From contig JBAZGN010000001.1 of NCBI GenBank assembly GCA_041652815.1, positions 701,855 to 765,854 on the forward strand: a stretch of DNA of 64,000 nt, read 5' to 3'. The DNA comes from Candidatus Omnitrophota bacterium. GTDB taxonomy: Bacteria; Omnitrophota; Gorgyraeia; Duberdicusellales; 4484-171. Position numbers and translations under genes: made by a program. This document shows, piece after piece, positions 48,926-58,392 of the stretch; the stretch's first letter is position 1, and the number at the start of each line of letters is the position of its first letter. The notes under the pieces are model-generated. The model made no database searches and was not told where the DNA came from. It saw nothing but the letters and a program-made list of their open reading frames with translations.

Positions 48926-49309
48926 GTGAAAAAGGGTTTTACATTGATGGAATTGATTATCGTGGTAATTATTATTGGTATTCTTGCTATGATAGGTTTG
49001 CCCCAGTTTTTTAATGTTGCAGAAAGGGGCCGTTCAAGTGAGGCAGCTAGTATTTTAGGCGCTATACGAAGCGCGCAGCTTCGTTATTACGCTGAACATT
49101 CAGCTATGACTTCCAATTGTACTGATTTGGATGTGGAGATAGGAAACCTTAGATATTTCAATGCCCCTGTTTGTACAAGTGCAACAAAGAATGGTTTCTT
49201 GGCTAGCATGGCAAGTCAAGCCGGGAATTACACTTTGTCGATTTACGATAACGCTTCAGGTTTATGTTGTAGTACCGGTACCTGCCCAAAAGGATATAAA
49301 GGTTGCTAA
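48926..49309 (+). CDS. Type IV pilin (candidate major pilin), prepilin N-terminus, C-terminal disulfide loop
   Basis: GTG 48926 after aaggagg; KKGFTLMELIIVVIIIGILA; C-terminal CCSTGTCPKGYKGC. Confidence 0.7.
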   Translation: MKKGFTLMELIIVVIIIGILAMIGLPQFFNVAERGRSSEAASILGAIRSAQLRYYAEHSAMTSNCTDLDVEIGNLRYFNAPVCTSATKNGFLASMASQAGNYTLSIYDNASGLCCSTGTCPKGYKGC

Positions 49310-49362
49310 TTGTTTTTAGGGATATTTATTTTAGAAACAGCAATTAATCTAAGATTTAAAAA

Positions 49363-49758
49363 GTGAAAGTATTAATGCCGATAAAGAGAAATAGGTTGGG
49401 AATGACGCTTATGGAAATGATAATAGTGGTTGTGCTTATCGGTATTTTGGCAACTGTTGGAGCAGTCGGCTATAGGAAAACAGTTGAGCAGGCAAGACAG
49501 AAGGAAGCGCGTAGCATGCTCAGATTAATACAGCATGCGGAAGAAGTGAGACGCCTGGAAATGAATACATATGTAGCGTGCGCCGATACCGCCGCATGTA
49601 ATACTGCGTTACATTTAGATTTGCCAGCTGGAGACTGGGCGTATAGTGTTACAGCTAGCGGTAACGCCAGCTTTTGTGCACAGGCTCTTTCAGCTAATTT
49701 CGGAAACTTTAGTATCAACAATGGTACTGCAGATCCGACGGCTAACGGTTGCTCGTAA
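49363..49758 (+). CDS. Pilin/pseudopilin
   Basis: RLGMTLMEMIIVVVLIGILA (start may be ATG 49375). Confidence 0.6.
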   Translation: MKVLMPIKRNRLGMTLMEMIIVVVLIGILATVGAVGYRKTVEQARQKEARSMLRLIQHAEEVRRLEMNTYVACADTAACNTALHLDLPAGDWAYSVTASGNASFCAQALSANFGNFSINNGTADPTANGCS

Positions 49759-50207
49759 AATACCATATGTTTATAAAAACAAATAACCCGTCAGAGAGAA
49801 AGAATTCTTTAAGAAATAACTCTCTGGCGGGTTTTACTTTAATGGAAATAGTAGTAGGCTTAATTATCCTGGCTACGGTTTTTGGAGGGTTAACTGCAAC
49901 CTTTGTGGGCGTTAAACGTTATGTTGCGCGCGCCAGCAGGCGTTTGACTGCCGTAAATCTCGGAAGGCAGGTTTTGAACGCACTGTATACTTATGTTAGA
50001 GCGGATACATGGGATACAGGAGTTTTAGCTGTTACGGGGGCGGATGTGAATTGTACTGAAGGCAATGTGCAAGTGCCAAATGTTACTGCGGCAATAGATG
50101 GGTTTGCGTACGGCCCTAATACGTATATAGTAAAGCAGGTAGGCACTGGAACGGATACCAGGCAGTATCGAGAGGCGACCGTAACTATAACTTATCCCGC
50201 TGATTAA
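49749..50207 (+). CDS. Pseudopilin with long leader peptide
   Basis: NNSLAGFTLMEIVVGLIILATVFGGL. Confidence 0.55.
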   Translation: MLVKYHMFIKTNNPSERKNSLRNNSLAGFTLMEIVVGLIILATVFGGLTATFVGVKRYVARASRRLTAVNLGRQVLNALYTYVRADTWDTGVLAVTGADVNCTEGNVQVPNVTAAIDGFAYGPNTYIVKQVGTGTDTRQYREATVTITYPAD

Positions 50208-50215
50208 AGAATAAT

Positions 50216-50767
50216 ATGAAAAAAACAGTTACCTTAATAGAGCTTATTTTGGCAATTGCTCTTATGGGGGTAGTTATACTTGGTGTTACTTCTTTTGATA
50301 TGGGCAGCAGGCAATTCTTGCAGTCTTCAGAGCGGAAAACCCAAGTGCTTAATGAGGCAGCTTTTATTATGGACAGTATTGCCAAAGATGCTCTTTTAGC
50401 AGTAGGCGATAAAAATAACAATGCAATAACGAGGACAAAGAATGACTTTCCTCCGGATATTCATGCTGATGTTGTTCGTATTAATCAAGACACAGATCAA
50501 GACGGCATAGTAGATCGTATTATTACATATAAAAAGAGGACGCAAAATTCTGAAATAATTAAGATGATTGACAACGATCCAGCGCAACAGACTGTAATAA
50601 GCAACAGAGGATATAGCTTTGAGGTTGGAGCTGTTGTTCCTGGCAGAAATACTGTGCAGATTGCGATGCGGTTACGTTTTGACCCTGCTACAAACATGGA
50701 TCCTTTTAATAATCCCGAAGTTAGATTGCAAAGTAGTATAGAAGTTCCTGGTTGGTCACTTAATTAA
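50216..50767 (+). CDS. Pseudopilin
   Basis: MKKTVTLIELILAIALMGVVILGV. Confidence 0.55.
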   Translation: MKKTVTLIELILAIALMGVVILGVTSFDMGSRQFLQSSERKTQVLNEAAFIMDSIAKDALLAVGDKNNNAITRTKNDFPPDIHADVVRINQDTDQDGIVDRIITYKKRTQNSEIIKMIDNDPAQQTVISNRGYSFEVGAVVPGRNTVQIAMRLRFDPATNMDPFNNPEVRLQSSIEVPGWSLN

Positions 50768-50800
50768 TTTCGTTTACCCCACCCAATTATCTAAAACAGC

Positions 50801-50828
50801 TTGCCCACATTAAAATTATTGGTATAAT
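50801..50828 (+). promoter_or_regulatory. Candidate promoter (TTGCCC-16-TGgTATAAT) in front of structured leader copy 2
   Basis: tggtataat 50820-50828. Confidence 0.35.
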
Positions 50829-50859
50829 ACAAATTAATATGCATAAGCTTTTTGTGTTT

Positions 50860-50960
50860 TTTATCCCGTTAGAAAATATCCTACGGCTTGCCGTAGGGTT
50901 ATTTCGAATCTTACGAACACGGGGTTTAATACCTCGCGTGAGTTTTCTAACGGGATTTAT
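50860..50960 (+). ncRNA. Structured ~100-nt leader element, copy 2
   Basis: same outer stem and inner hairpin as 23527-23626; third hairpin ggt-ttaat-acc covaries with copy 1. Confidence 0.5.
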
Positions 50961-51615
50961 TTTATTTTCCCAAGTTTGCCTATCTGTATGCGCAGCGCCT
51001 TGTTACGGTACAAAGATGCCGCAGAAAAAACAATTTTTCGCCGGCCTTCAGAACCACACACTTTTAAAACGATACCTTGAAGATGATTATGGAAAAATGC
51101 GAAGCACTCAGAATTTTCTTCTTGTTTCATACGGAATTTTTGACTGGCTTTCTATAGATTTAAAGGGTGGAGCGGGAGATATCAGGCAGCACCCAGTTGA
51201 CGCATCAGAAGTTGACTATTCAACCGGGTTTGCCGGTGGATACGGCTTTCGTCTTCGCCTTTTGGATAAAAAAAATACAAAAGTAGTATTTGGTTTCCAG
51301 CACATAAGCGTTCATCCCAAAAGAACGTATGTAACGGGCGTAAAAAATAAAGCTGTGCTGGACGATTGGCAGGTTTCCCTGCTTGCTTCCTACGATTTAA
51401 AGTATGTGACACCATATCTAGGCACAAGATGGTCGCGGGTTGATTATATCCACTGGGTGGATGAAGTGAGATGCCGCAGGATGTCTGACCTTTCCAAGTC
51501 AGTCGGGTTTATTTTTGGTTTTGATATACCGTTTACACAAAAAATGTGGCTAAACCTTGAAGGGCAATTTTTCGACAGCGACGCATTCGCCTGTAGCCTT
51601 AATTACAGCTTCTAA
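50938..51615 (+). CDS. Putative outer-membrane beta-barrel protein (start uncertain: GTG 50938, ATG 50839 or ATG 51016)
   Basis: candidate signal peptide SFLTGFILFSQVCLSVCAA; alternating hydrophobic beta-strand pattern; C-terminal ...SLNYSF ending in Phe. Confidence 0.45.
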   Translation: MSFLTGFILFSQVCLSVCAAPCYGTKMPQKKQFFAGLQNHTLLKRYLEDDYGKMRSTQNFLLVSYGIFDWLSIDLKGGAGDIRQHPVDASEVDYSTGFAGGYGFRLRLLDKKNTKVVFGFQHISVHPKRTYVTGVKNKAVLDDWQVSLLASYDLKYVTPYLGTRWSRVDYIHWVDEVRCRRMSDLSKSVGFIFGFDIPFTQKMWLNLEGQFFDSDAFACSLNYSF

Positions 51616-51873
51616 ATTGAACCTGTTGAAACTATTCTTTACACCGCAAAGTCGCAAAGTATCCGCAAAGCCGCAAAAAATCATATTTGATACGGATAGA
51701 AATACAGTGGATATACAGTTGAAATAGGGTTGATATACATTGTCAATGTTGTCACGCTTCTATTATTTAAGGCCTTCCATGCAACTGTATTTCCATTGTA
51801 TTTAAATTATATTTCTACTGTATATCTATATTCCTTTTGCGTTTTTGCGGTCTTTAGCGGTTTCGCGGTATAT

Positions 51874-53346
51874 ATGGCTTGGTCAACAATGATTATAAAA
51901 ACCAAAAAAGAAGAATTCGAGAGTTACCTTGAAGATACTTCTAACCTCAAAGGCAACGCATCCAGCTTATACATTCCGCAAACTCTGGGCGAAATAAACG
52001 ACGCCATCAGAAATTTCTACATAAAAAAAACACCTTTTACGGTTGTTGCGGGAAAAACCGGAACAACTGCCGGTTGTGTTGCGCAAGAAGGGGTTATTAT
52101 GTCAGTCGAAATGCTTAATAAGATAATAGATATCGACAAAACAAAAAAAATGGCGTATTTACAAGCTGGAGCAAGCTTTAAAGACTTAGAAGAGGAGGCG
52201 CGAAAGTTCAATCTAAGCCTGCTCGCATCTCCCACGGAGAGCCTCGCATTAGTCTCCGGCGCAATTTCAACTTGCGCTTCCGGCGTGCGCGGGTTTGGAT
52301 ATGGCTCGATAAGAAATTATATATCCACGATAAGTGTGGTTTTGCCTACCGGGGAAATTTTGGAAATTGAAAGAGGAAAAATTTTGGCTAATAAAAGAGT
52401 TTTTGATTTTCAATATTCCGGAAAAAGTTTTAAATTCAACTTACCGCACTATACGCAACCGTCAATTAAATCCCAGGCAGGCTATTTCGTAAAGGATAAT
52501 ATGGATTTAATTGACCTTTTTATCGGAAGCGAGGGTACGTTGGGAGTAGTTACTTCCTGTAAACTTAGGCTTTCTGAAATTCCCGAAAATGTTTTTGACG
52601 GCCTTATCTTTTTCAAAAAGGAGCAGGATGGCTTAGAATTTATAGTAAAAATAAAGAAATTTAAAAATGTTTGCCCTGCCTCGCTTGAGTTTTTTGACAG
52701 GAATTCCCTAAGAATGCTTAAGGAAAAGTATTCTTTCATCCCTGATGCCGCTTGCGCAGTTTATTTTGAGCAAACAGTTGGCTTGGGGCAAGATTATAAT
52801 AGCTTAATGGATAACTGGATAAGTTCAATTGAGGAGTATGCAACATTTTCTGATAATAATATACTGGCAGATACCGTAAGAGAAAGAGAAAAGGTATTTG
52901 AATTCCGGCATAAATTACCCCAGCTTATCAATGAGTTTTTAAGGCAGCACAGCCAGCTTAAAGCTTCGCTGGACTGTGCGGTGCCATTTGAAAAAATTTT
53001 AGAAATGTATAATTTTTATAAAGAAAAAGGCGAGAATTGCGGAATTGACTATGTTAATTTCGGGCACATCGGCGAAGCCCACCTGCACTTTAATTTTTTA
53101 CCCAAGAATGATGAGCAAAGCCTAAAAGCAAAAAAATATATGGAAATTTTTTGTAAAAAGGCACTCACGCTTGGCGGTACAATTTCCGCTGAGCACGGCA
53201 TAGGCAAGATTAAAAAGCCTTTCTTAAAGCTTATGTATAATAAATCACAGATAGAGGAAATGGCGCGCCTTAAAAAATATTTTGACCCTGCCTGTCTTAT
53301 GGGGTTGGATAATATATTCGAGAAAGAGATTTTATTTAAGGTTTAA
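51874..53346 (+). CDS. FAD-linked oxidoreductase (FAD_binding_4 / GlcD-like)
   Basis: PFTVVAGKTGTTAGCVAQEGVIMSVEMLNKII FAD-binding PCMH domain, C-terminal FAD-oxidase domain with GEAHLHFN; N-terminal 48 codons of ORF track are probably not translated. Confidence 0.65.
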   Translation: MAWSTMIIKTKKEEFESYLEDTSNLKGNASSLYIPQTLGEINDAIRNFYIKKTPFTVVAGKTGTTAGCVAQEGVIMSVEMLNKIIDIDKTKKMAYLQAGASFKDLEEEARKFNLSLLASPTESLALVSGAISTCASGVRGFGYGSIRNYISTISVVLPTGEILEIERGKILANKRVFDFQYSGKSFKFNLPHYTQPSIKSQAGYFVKDNMDLIDLFIGSEGTLGVVTSCKLRLSEIPENVFDGLIFFKKEQDGLEFIVKIKKFKNVCPASLEFFDRNSLRMLKEKYSFIPDAACAVYFEQTVGLGQDYNSLMDNWISSIEEYATFSDNNILADTVREREKVFEFRHKLPQLINEFLRQHSQLKASLDCAVPFEKILEMYNFYKEKGENCGIDYVNFGHIGEAHLHFNFLPKNDEQSLKAKKYMEIFCKKALTLGGTISAEHGIGKIKKPFLKLMYNKSQIEEMARLKKYFDPACLMGLDNIFEKEILFKV

Positions 53347-53521
53347 AGGTTGGTAGGTTGATATGTTTTGTAACCTGTTAGCTTAATAACTCATTTTATG
53401 ATTGCTTATTTTATGCCTTATGTTATATTGGGTAATGGGTTATAAGTTTTTGCCCTGATTGTTTTCAATTCCAGCCAAAAATTGAGTTGATACTGTTCTT
53501 TACTTACTATACAATAAATCA

Positions 53522-54508
53522 ATGGTTTTTTTAATTATAGGCATTACAATAGCAATGAGCTTAGCCGTGGGTTGGTCTATAGGCGCTAACGACGCCGCCA
53601 ACTCCTTAGGCACTGCTGTTGGTTCGCGCGTATTGAATTTAAAGCAGGCGATAATTTTGATTGCTTTGTTTGGGTTTTTAGGGGCGAGCCTGCAGGGCTC
53701 TCACGTGGTAGCAACTATAGGCAAAGGTATTGTGCCGATGAATGAGCTCAGTAAAAATAATTCCCGTAATATTGCCCTTATCGCCAGTTTTGCCGCCTGC
53801 CTTTGGGTGGTGCTTGCGACGCACTGGAAAATGCCTATTTCAACAAGCCATTCTATTGTCGGCGCAGTAGCCGGAGCAGGCTTTGCTATAGCTGCGCCTG
53901 TGAAATGGAAAGTATTGGGCGATATTTTTATGTGCTGGATTTTTACTCCCGTAGGCGCGGCAATATTGGGATATATATTATTTCGTATTTTGCAAAATAT
54001 TTTACCCCGAATAATCCCGCGCAGATACTTTAAGCAGGCACTCGCAACCCTTATTGTTATAAGCGGTTGTTACGTTGCCTATACCTGGGGTGCAAATGAT
54101 GTCGCAAATTCTATCGGAGTTTTAGCGGGAGCCGAGATTATTCCGGTTAAAATTTGTATTATTTTGGGAGGAATGGCTATAGTTTTAGGTATTGTGACCT
54201 GGGGGTATAAAGTTATTGAAACCATAGGTTCAGAAATCATTCATCTTTCGCCGATTATGGCATTTTCTGCACAGTTAGCCAGCTCGCTTAACGTTCATAT
54301 CTATACCCTGATGGGCATACCGGTTTCGACGAGTCATTCTATTGTCGGAGCGATTTGTGGGGTGGGATTAGTCAAAGGTATTCGCGTATTAAATATGCAT
54401 ATCATGCGTGATATTGTATTATGCTGGGTAGCAACGCCATTTATTTCTGGAGTAATAAGTTTTGTTATATTAAAGAGTATAATATTTTTTATGAAAATGG
54501 GAGGATAG
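53522..54508 (+). CDS. pit: Inorganic phosphate transporter, PiT family
   Basis: GANDAANSLGTAVGS and GANDVANSIGVLAGA duplicated PHO4 motifs. Confidence 0.85.
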   Translation: MVFLIIGITIAMSLAVGWSIGANDAANSLGTAVGSRVLNLKQAIILIALFGFLGASLQGSHVVATIGKGIVPMNELSKNNSRNIALIASFAACLWVVLATHWKMPISTSHSIVGAVAGAGFAIAAPVKWKVLGDIFMCWIFTPVGAAILGYILFRILQNILPRIIPRRYFKQALATLIVISGCYVAYTWGANDVANSIGVLAGAEIIPVKICIILGGMAIVLGIVTWGYKVIETIGSEIIHLSPIMAFSAQLASSLNVHIYTLMGIPVSTSHSIVGAICGVGLVKGIRVLNMHIMRDIVLCWVATPFISGVISFVILKSIIFFMKMGG

Positions 54509-54510
54509 CC

Positions 54511-55179
54511 ATGAAGGAAATGAGGAATATATTTGGTTGGCTGGGTATGGCTGAGGAAAAGGAAATTCTACAGTATGCACAAAAACATGTGGAAGAAACA
54601 TACAAAACAGTAACTTTTTTTTCGGAAGCAATAAAGGCATTCGTAAACCGGGATTTAAATGCGCAAGTATCGGCAACTGAAAAAGTGCGTCAAAGCGAAC
54701 ATCAGGCCGATATTTTAAGGTCAGAAATAGTAAGTAAGCTTTCTGAAGGCTTGTTTCTTCCTCCTGACAGGGAAGATCTTATGCATTTCGTTCAGACTTT
54801 GGATAAAATAGCGGATTGGACTAACGGAGCTGCCAGGATTTTAGGTTTTATTGAGCACAAGCTTCCGGAGAGTGTCCTTAAGCATATTTCTTTGTCAACC
54901 GAATTAATCGTTGCGGCGAGCTCAAAGCTCAAAGACGCAATCCATGCCCTTACCACCAATGATCTAAAAAAAGCATTGTCTGACTGTGAAGAAGTTGACC
55001 GTATCGAGCATCAGGCGGATGATCAGAAAAAAACCTTAATCGAAGCCATAATACATGCTAAGCTTGAGCCGACAAGCCTTTTGCTTAGCTATCAGTTAGC
55101 AGAATACCTCGAAGGCGTGACCGATAAAATTGAAGATTCAGCGGACTTTATTAAGGTTATAGCTATCAGATCCAAGTAA
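54511..55179 (+). CDS. DUF47 / PhoU-like Pit accessory protein
   Basis: helical PhoU-like repeats; ATG 54511 right after ggagg; canonical pairing with PiT. Confidence 0.7.
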   Translation: MKEMRNIFGWLGMAEEKEILQYAQKHVEETYKTVTFFSEAIKAFVNRDLNAQVSATEKVRQSEHQADILRSEIVSKLSEGLFLPPDREDLMHFVQTLDKIADWTNGAARILGFIEHKLPESVLKHISLSTELIVAASSKLKDAIHALTTNDLKKALSDCEEVDRIEHQADDQKKTLIEAIIHAKLEPTSLLLSYQLAEYLEGVTDKIEDSADFIKVIAIRSK

Positions 55180-55180
55180 A

Positions 55181-55419
55181 ACACAGATGATCGCAGACGG
55201 CAGACACAGATGATCACAGATAAAAAAGGGAAATGGATATACAGTTGATATACGCTCGCTTCGTTCGCGAAATACAGTGGATATACAATTGTATTTCTAC
55301 GAAAATCGGACTTGAGAACCCCGTCCTGTGGGCAGGGGAGGTTTTCTGTATTTTAATTACAGTAAAAATCATCTGTGATCATCAGCTTCAAAATCTGTGA
55401 TCATCTGCGTATAAAAAAC
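55181..55419. repeat. Composite intergenic element: CAGATGATC tandem arms, GATATACAGTTGATATAC motifs, inverted arms atctgtgatcatc
   Basis: acacagatgatcgcagacggcagacacagatgatcacagat ... tggatatacagttgatatac ... aatcatctgtgatcatcagcttcaaaatctgtgatcatctgcg. Confidence 0.65.
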
Positions 55420-55956
55420 ATGAAAGAGCAGTTATTAAATCTATTAAAAAAAGATGCCTGGTATAAGGGCGAGGTTAAGCTTTCTTCCGGAAAGATAAGC
55501 AACTTTTATATTGATGTAAGGCGGGTTAGTTTAAGTTCCGAAGGGTCATATCTTATTTCTCATCTCATCTGGGATTTGATAAAAGATGATGAAATTTCTG
55601 CAATCGGCGGCCCTACCTTAGGGGCAGACCCTATTGTGGGTGGTGTATGTATGGTTGCGCGCATAAATAAAAAGAATCTCGGGGGTTTCTTAATCAGAAA
55701 AACGCCAAAAGAACACGGCCGTCAGCAATTGATTGAAGGAAAAGAACTTCTAGAAGGAGAAAGGGTTGTTATAATTGATGACGTAGCAACCAGTGGTTCC
55801 TCATTGATAAAATCGATAGAAGTCCTGAAAAAAGAAAAAGTCCGGATAGTAAAGGCCGTATCTGTAATAGACAGAGAAGAGGGAGCAACAGAAAATCTTG
55901 CAAAATTTAACTGCCCGCTAGTTTCACTTTTTAAGAAAAGCGATTTCTTCGATTGA
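55420..55956 (+). CDS. pyrE: Orotate phosphoribosyltransferase
   Basis: KGEVKLSSGKISNFYIDVRR ... VVIIDDVATSGSS PRPP-binding motif. Confidence 0.8.
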   Translation: MKEQLLNLLKKDAWYKGEVKLSSGKISNFYIDVRRVSLSSEGSYLISHLIWDLIKDDEISAIGGPTLGADPIVGGVCMVARINKKNLGGFLIRKTPKEHGRQQLIEGKELLEGERVVIIDDVATSGSSLIKSIEVLKKEKVRIVKAVSVIDREEGATENLAKFNCPLVSLFKKSDFFD

Positions 55957-55957
55957 A

Positions 55958-56821
55958 TTGATGATTGCAAAAAGACCCCATAGATTATCAAACCTTAATA
56001 TTTTTATCCGCCATCTGTTATCCCTTCGACACGGCCTTCGGCCAGGCTCAGGACTCCCCTTGGCCGCTACCATCTGCTATCTGTTTTTTAACGGTTGCGT
56101 TACCACCGAATATAATGTCGGAACTCACCGCCAGGATATAATGTTTTATTCCACGGAAAAAGAGATTGCGATGGGGCAAGCCATCGCAAAAGAAGTAGCA
56201 AAGGAAATGAAAATTTCAAATAATCCCCACGATATTGAAAGAGTCAATAAAATAGGTAAAAAAATAGTTGAAGTTTGCGATAGGAAAGAAATCAGTTATT
56301 ATTTCTATGTAATTACGGGTGATGAAAAAGGCGATACTGAAGATAAAAATGCTTTTAGTGTTCCCGGAGGGTACATCTATATTTATAAAGCACTTTTGGA
56401 TGACTTAAATGATGATGAGCTTGCATTTGTTCTTGCGCACGAAATGGGCCATGTGGTATCGCGCCATGTAATTAAGAAGCTGCAGGCAGCAATGGGCTAT
56501 AACCTTTTAATCCTTGCTTCCGGCGCAGCCAGCCGCGATGGCCAATTTACCCAAGGGGTTTCTTTTGCCCTTGCCCAGATTATGGCTGCTTATTCACGGG
56601 AGGATGAGTTTAATGCTGATGAATTGGCGGTAAAATACATGCAAGCCTTGCAATTTAACCCTAAGGCAGGCATAGAAGTTATGGAAAAATTATATAAAGA
56701 AAACAAGAAAAAAATATACCCAATTTCCTATTTTAGAACCCATCCTTATACTGCGCAAAGAATAGCCCACATTAGAGAAACACTCCACTTGCCGTTATCC
56801 GTGGCAGATTACATCAATTGA
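55958..56821 (+). CDS. M48-family zinc metallopeptidase
   Basis: LAFVLAHEMGHVVSRH (HExxH), NAFSVPGGYIYIY. Confidence 0.65.
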   Translation: MMIAKRPHRLSNLNIFIRHLLSLRHGLRPGSGLPLAATICYLFFNGCVTTEYNVGTHRQDIMFYSTEKEIAMGQAIAKEVAKEMKISNNPHDIERVNKIGKKIVEVCDRKEISYYFYVITGDEKGDTEDKNAFSVPGGYIYIYKALLDDLNDDELAFVLAHEMGHVVSRHVIKKLQAAMGYNLLILASGAASRDGQFTQGVSFALAQIMAAYSREDEFNADELAVKYMQALQFNPKAGIEVMEKLYKENKKKIYPISYFRTHPYTAQRIAHIRETLHLPLSVADYIN

Positions 56822-56839
56822 TACACAGATAATCACAGA

Positions 56840-56871
56840 CCAGCCTGTCAAAGCTTTGTGCGGCAGGCTGG
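56840..56871. terminator. Bidirectional terminator hairpin between convergent genes, flanked by CAGAT repeat arms
   Basis: ccagcctg-tcaaagctttgtgcgg-caggctgg. Confidence 0.55.
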
Positions 56872-56932
56872 GATGATCACAGATGATTTTATCTTGGCAA
56901 TCTGTGATTTCTTATCTGGGATCGTCTGTGTA

Positions 56933-57895
56933 TTAAACAAGGATTTTAACCAATAAAAGAAAAGAGAGATTAAGGGAATTGTGTATTATGTGAAAGAGGA
57001 TAGGCGAGATTATGTTGTTGGTTTTTTCATATATATAACAAAGACAAATTGCCAATATCAATAAAGGTAAGGCATCCTGGTTGCTTCGATGAAGTATAGC
57101 AAAGAGGAGTGAAGAAGAAAAAGCAGATAATAGAAAACCATATTTTTTTCTAAATACTTTATAAACAAAGCCCCTGAAAAAAAGCTCTTCTGCAACTGGG
57201 CCGAGGAAGACAATTTGAAATACAAGGAAAGAAAGCAGGGATGCATTTTTTATCTTTAAAAATAATTCTATTGCAGGGTTAATTGAGGTTTCAATGCCTA
57301 ATTTTTCCAAAATAAAATTATTTATAAAAATAATTCCCATCAAAATGGGCAGAATTGTTAAATATTTTTTTAATGTATACAAAGCCCTGTTTGTGTTTAA
57401 TCTAAAATCAAGATAGCTGCTTTTGATATATTTAACAATTATCAAAATAACCCCTGTTTCAATGATTAGATTAGAAAATACAATTGCCCCCAGAGGATTG
57501 ACTTTGAGTTTAAGAATAACTATTAGCCATTGCGAAAAATAAATTATCAGCGCAAGAAATATTATAAAAAATATAAGTTTGCTTGATTCTTCTTGCGATA
57601 AGGGTAAGGGCTTATCTTGGTTTTTAAATTCAAACAAAGGTTTTTTGAGATTACGGATAATAAAACTAATCAAGTTGAAGAATCCATAAAAAATGGCTAT
57701 TGAGCAACCTAATATTAGAATTTCAATTAAAAAGAAATATGGGTTGTTGATTAGTTTATCTTTGTCAAAAGCTATTTTAAAGTGCTGATATTTTGCTGGT
57801 TCTGTCGGGATAGATAGTTGGATAAATATAATTAAAAGAAGGCAGATAAGGCTTAAGAGGATGAATATATTTCTTTTGGCATTAAGTTTTGGCAT
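56933..57895 (-). CDS. CPBP-family intramembrane metalloprotease (CAAX protease / Abi family)
   Basis: LGPVAEELFFRGF, FAILHRS, FHIIHNS motifs; multi-TM. Confidence 0.7.
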   Translation of the reverse strand: MPKLNAKRNIFILLSLICLLLIIFIQLSIPTEPAKYQHFKIAFDKDKLINNPYFFLIEILILGCSIAIFYGFFNLISFIIRNLKKPLFEFKNQDKPLPLSQEESSKLIFFIIFLALIIYFSQWLIVILKLKVNPLGAIVFSNLIIETGVILIIVKYIKSSYLDFRLNTNRALYTLKKYLTILPILMGIIFINNFILEKLGIETSINPAIELFLKIKNASLLSFLVFQIVFLGPVAEELFFRGFVYKVFRKKYGFLLSAFSSSLLFAILHRSNQDALPLLILAICLCYIYEKTNNIISPILFHIIHNSLNLSFLLLVKILV

Positions 57896-57910
57896 CCGTA
57901 ATTTATAACT

Positions 57911-58001
57911 TGGCGGAGGAGAGAGGATTTGAACCTCTGAGGAGCATAAAGCCCCTACTGGTTTTCGAGACCAGCGCTTTCAACCACTCAGCCACTCCTC
58001 C
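57911..58001 (-). tRNA. tRNA-Ser (anticodon CGA), CCA encoded
   Basis: rc: GGAGGAG-TG-GCT..AGC-CTGGT-CTCGAAA-ACCAG-long variable arm-AGAGGTTCAAATCCTCT-CTCCTCC-G-CCA. Confidence 0.8.
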
Positions 58002-58062
58002 AAATATTATCTTTGCTAAAGATTATGTTCATTACTTATAAAGCAACCCGCAGTAATTAAAA

Positions 58063-58310
58063 TGCGGAAGGAGGGACTTGTATGCAGCGTTCGCCGTAAG
58101 GCGAACTTTCTTTTTGCTGCATCCAAGGTAACTCCCGCAAAACGTTTCACTGTCAAAGGCTAACAAAACTTTTCAAAGAAACAAAATGCGGAAGGAGGGA
58201 CTTGTATGCAGCGTTCGCCGTAAGGCGAACTTTCTTTTTGCTGCATCCAAGGTAACTCCCGCAAAACGTTTCACTGTCAAAGGCTAACAAAACTTTTCAA
58301 AGAAACAAAA
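58063..58310. repeat. Two tandem 124-bp repeats, each starting with a 19-nt copy of the tRNA-Leu 3' end and containing a nested hairpin
   Basis: tgcggaaggagggacttg at 58063, 58187 and, as the real tRNA 3' end, 58311; hairpin atgcagcgttcgcc-gtaa-ggcgaac..gctgcat. Confidence 0.8.
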
Positions 58311-58392
58311 TGCGGAAGGAGGGACTTGAACCCTCATGGAGTTACCCATACGCTTCTGAGACGTACGCGTATGCCAATTCCGCCACTTCCGC
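58311..58392 (-). tRNA. tRNA-Leu (anticodon CAG), CCA not encoded
   Basis: rc: GCGGAAG-TG-GCG..CGC-TACGT-CTCAGAA-GCGTA-long variable arm-GAGGGTTCAAGTCCCTC-CTTCCGC-A. Confidence 0.8.

Noticed and set aside
50839-51015. Upstream ATG at 50839 as the true start of the OMP gene
   Set aside because: It would translate through the conserved structured RNA element, producing MHKLFVFFIPLENILRLAVGLFRILRTRG, which does not resemble a signal peptide. Kept only as an alternative in the feature note.
53803-54033. 76-aa plus-strand ORF
   Set aside because: Alternative frame inside the pit transporter gene.
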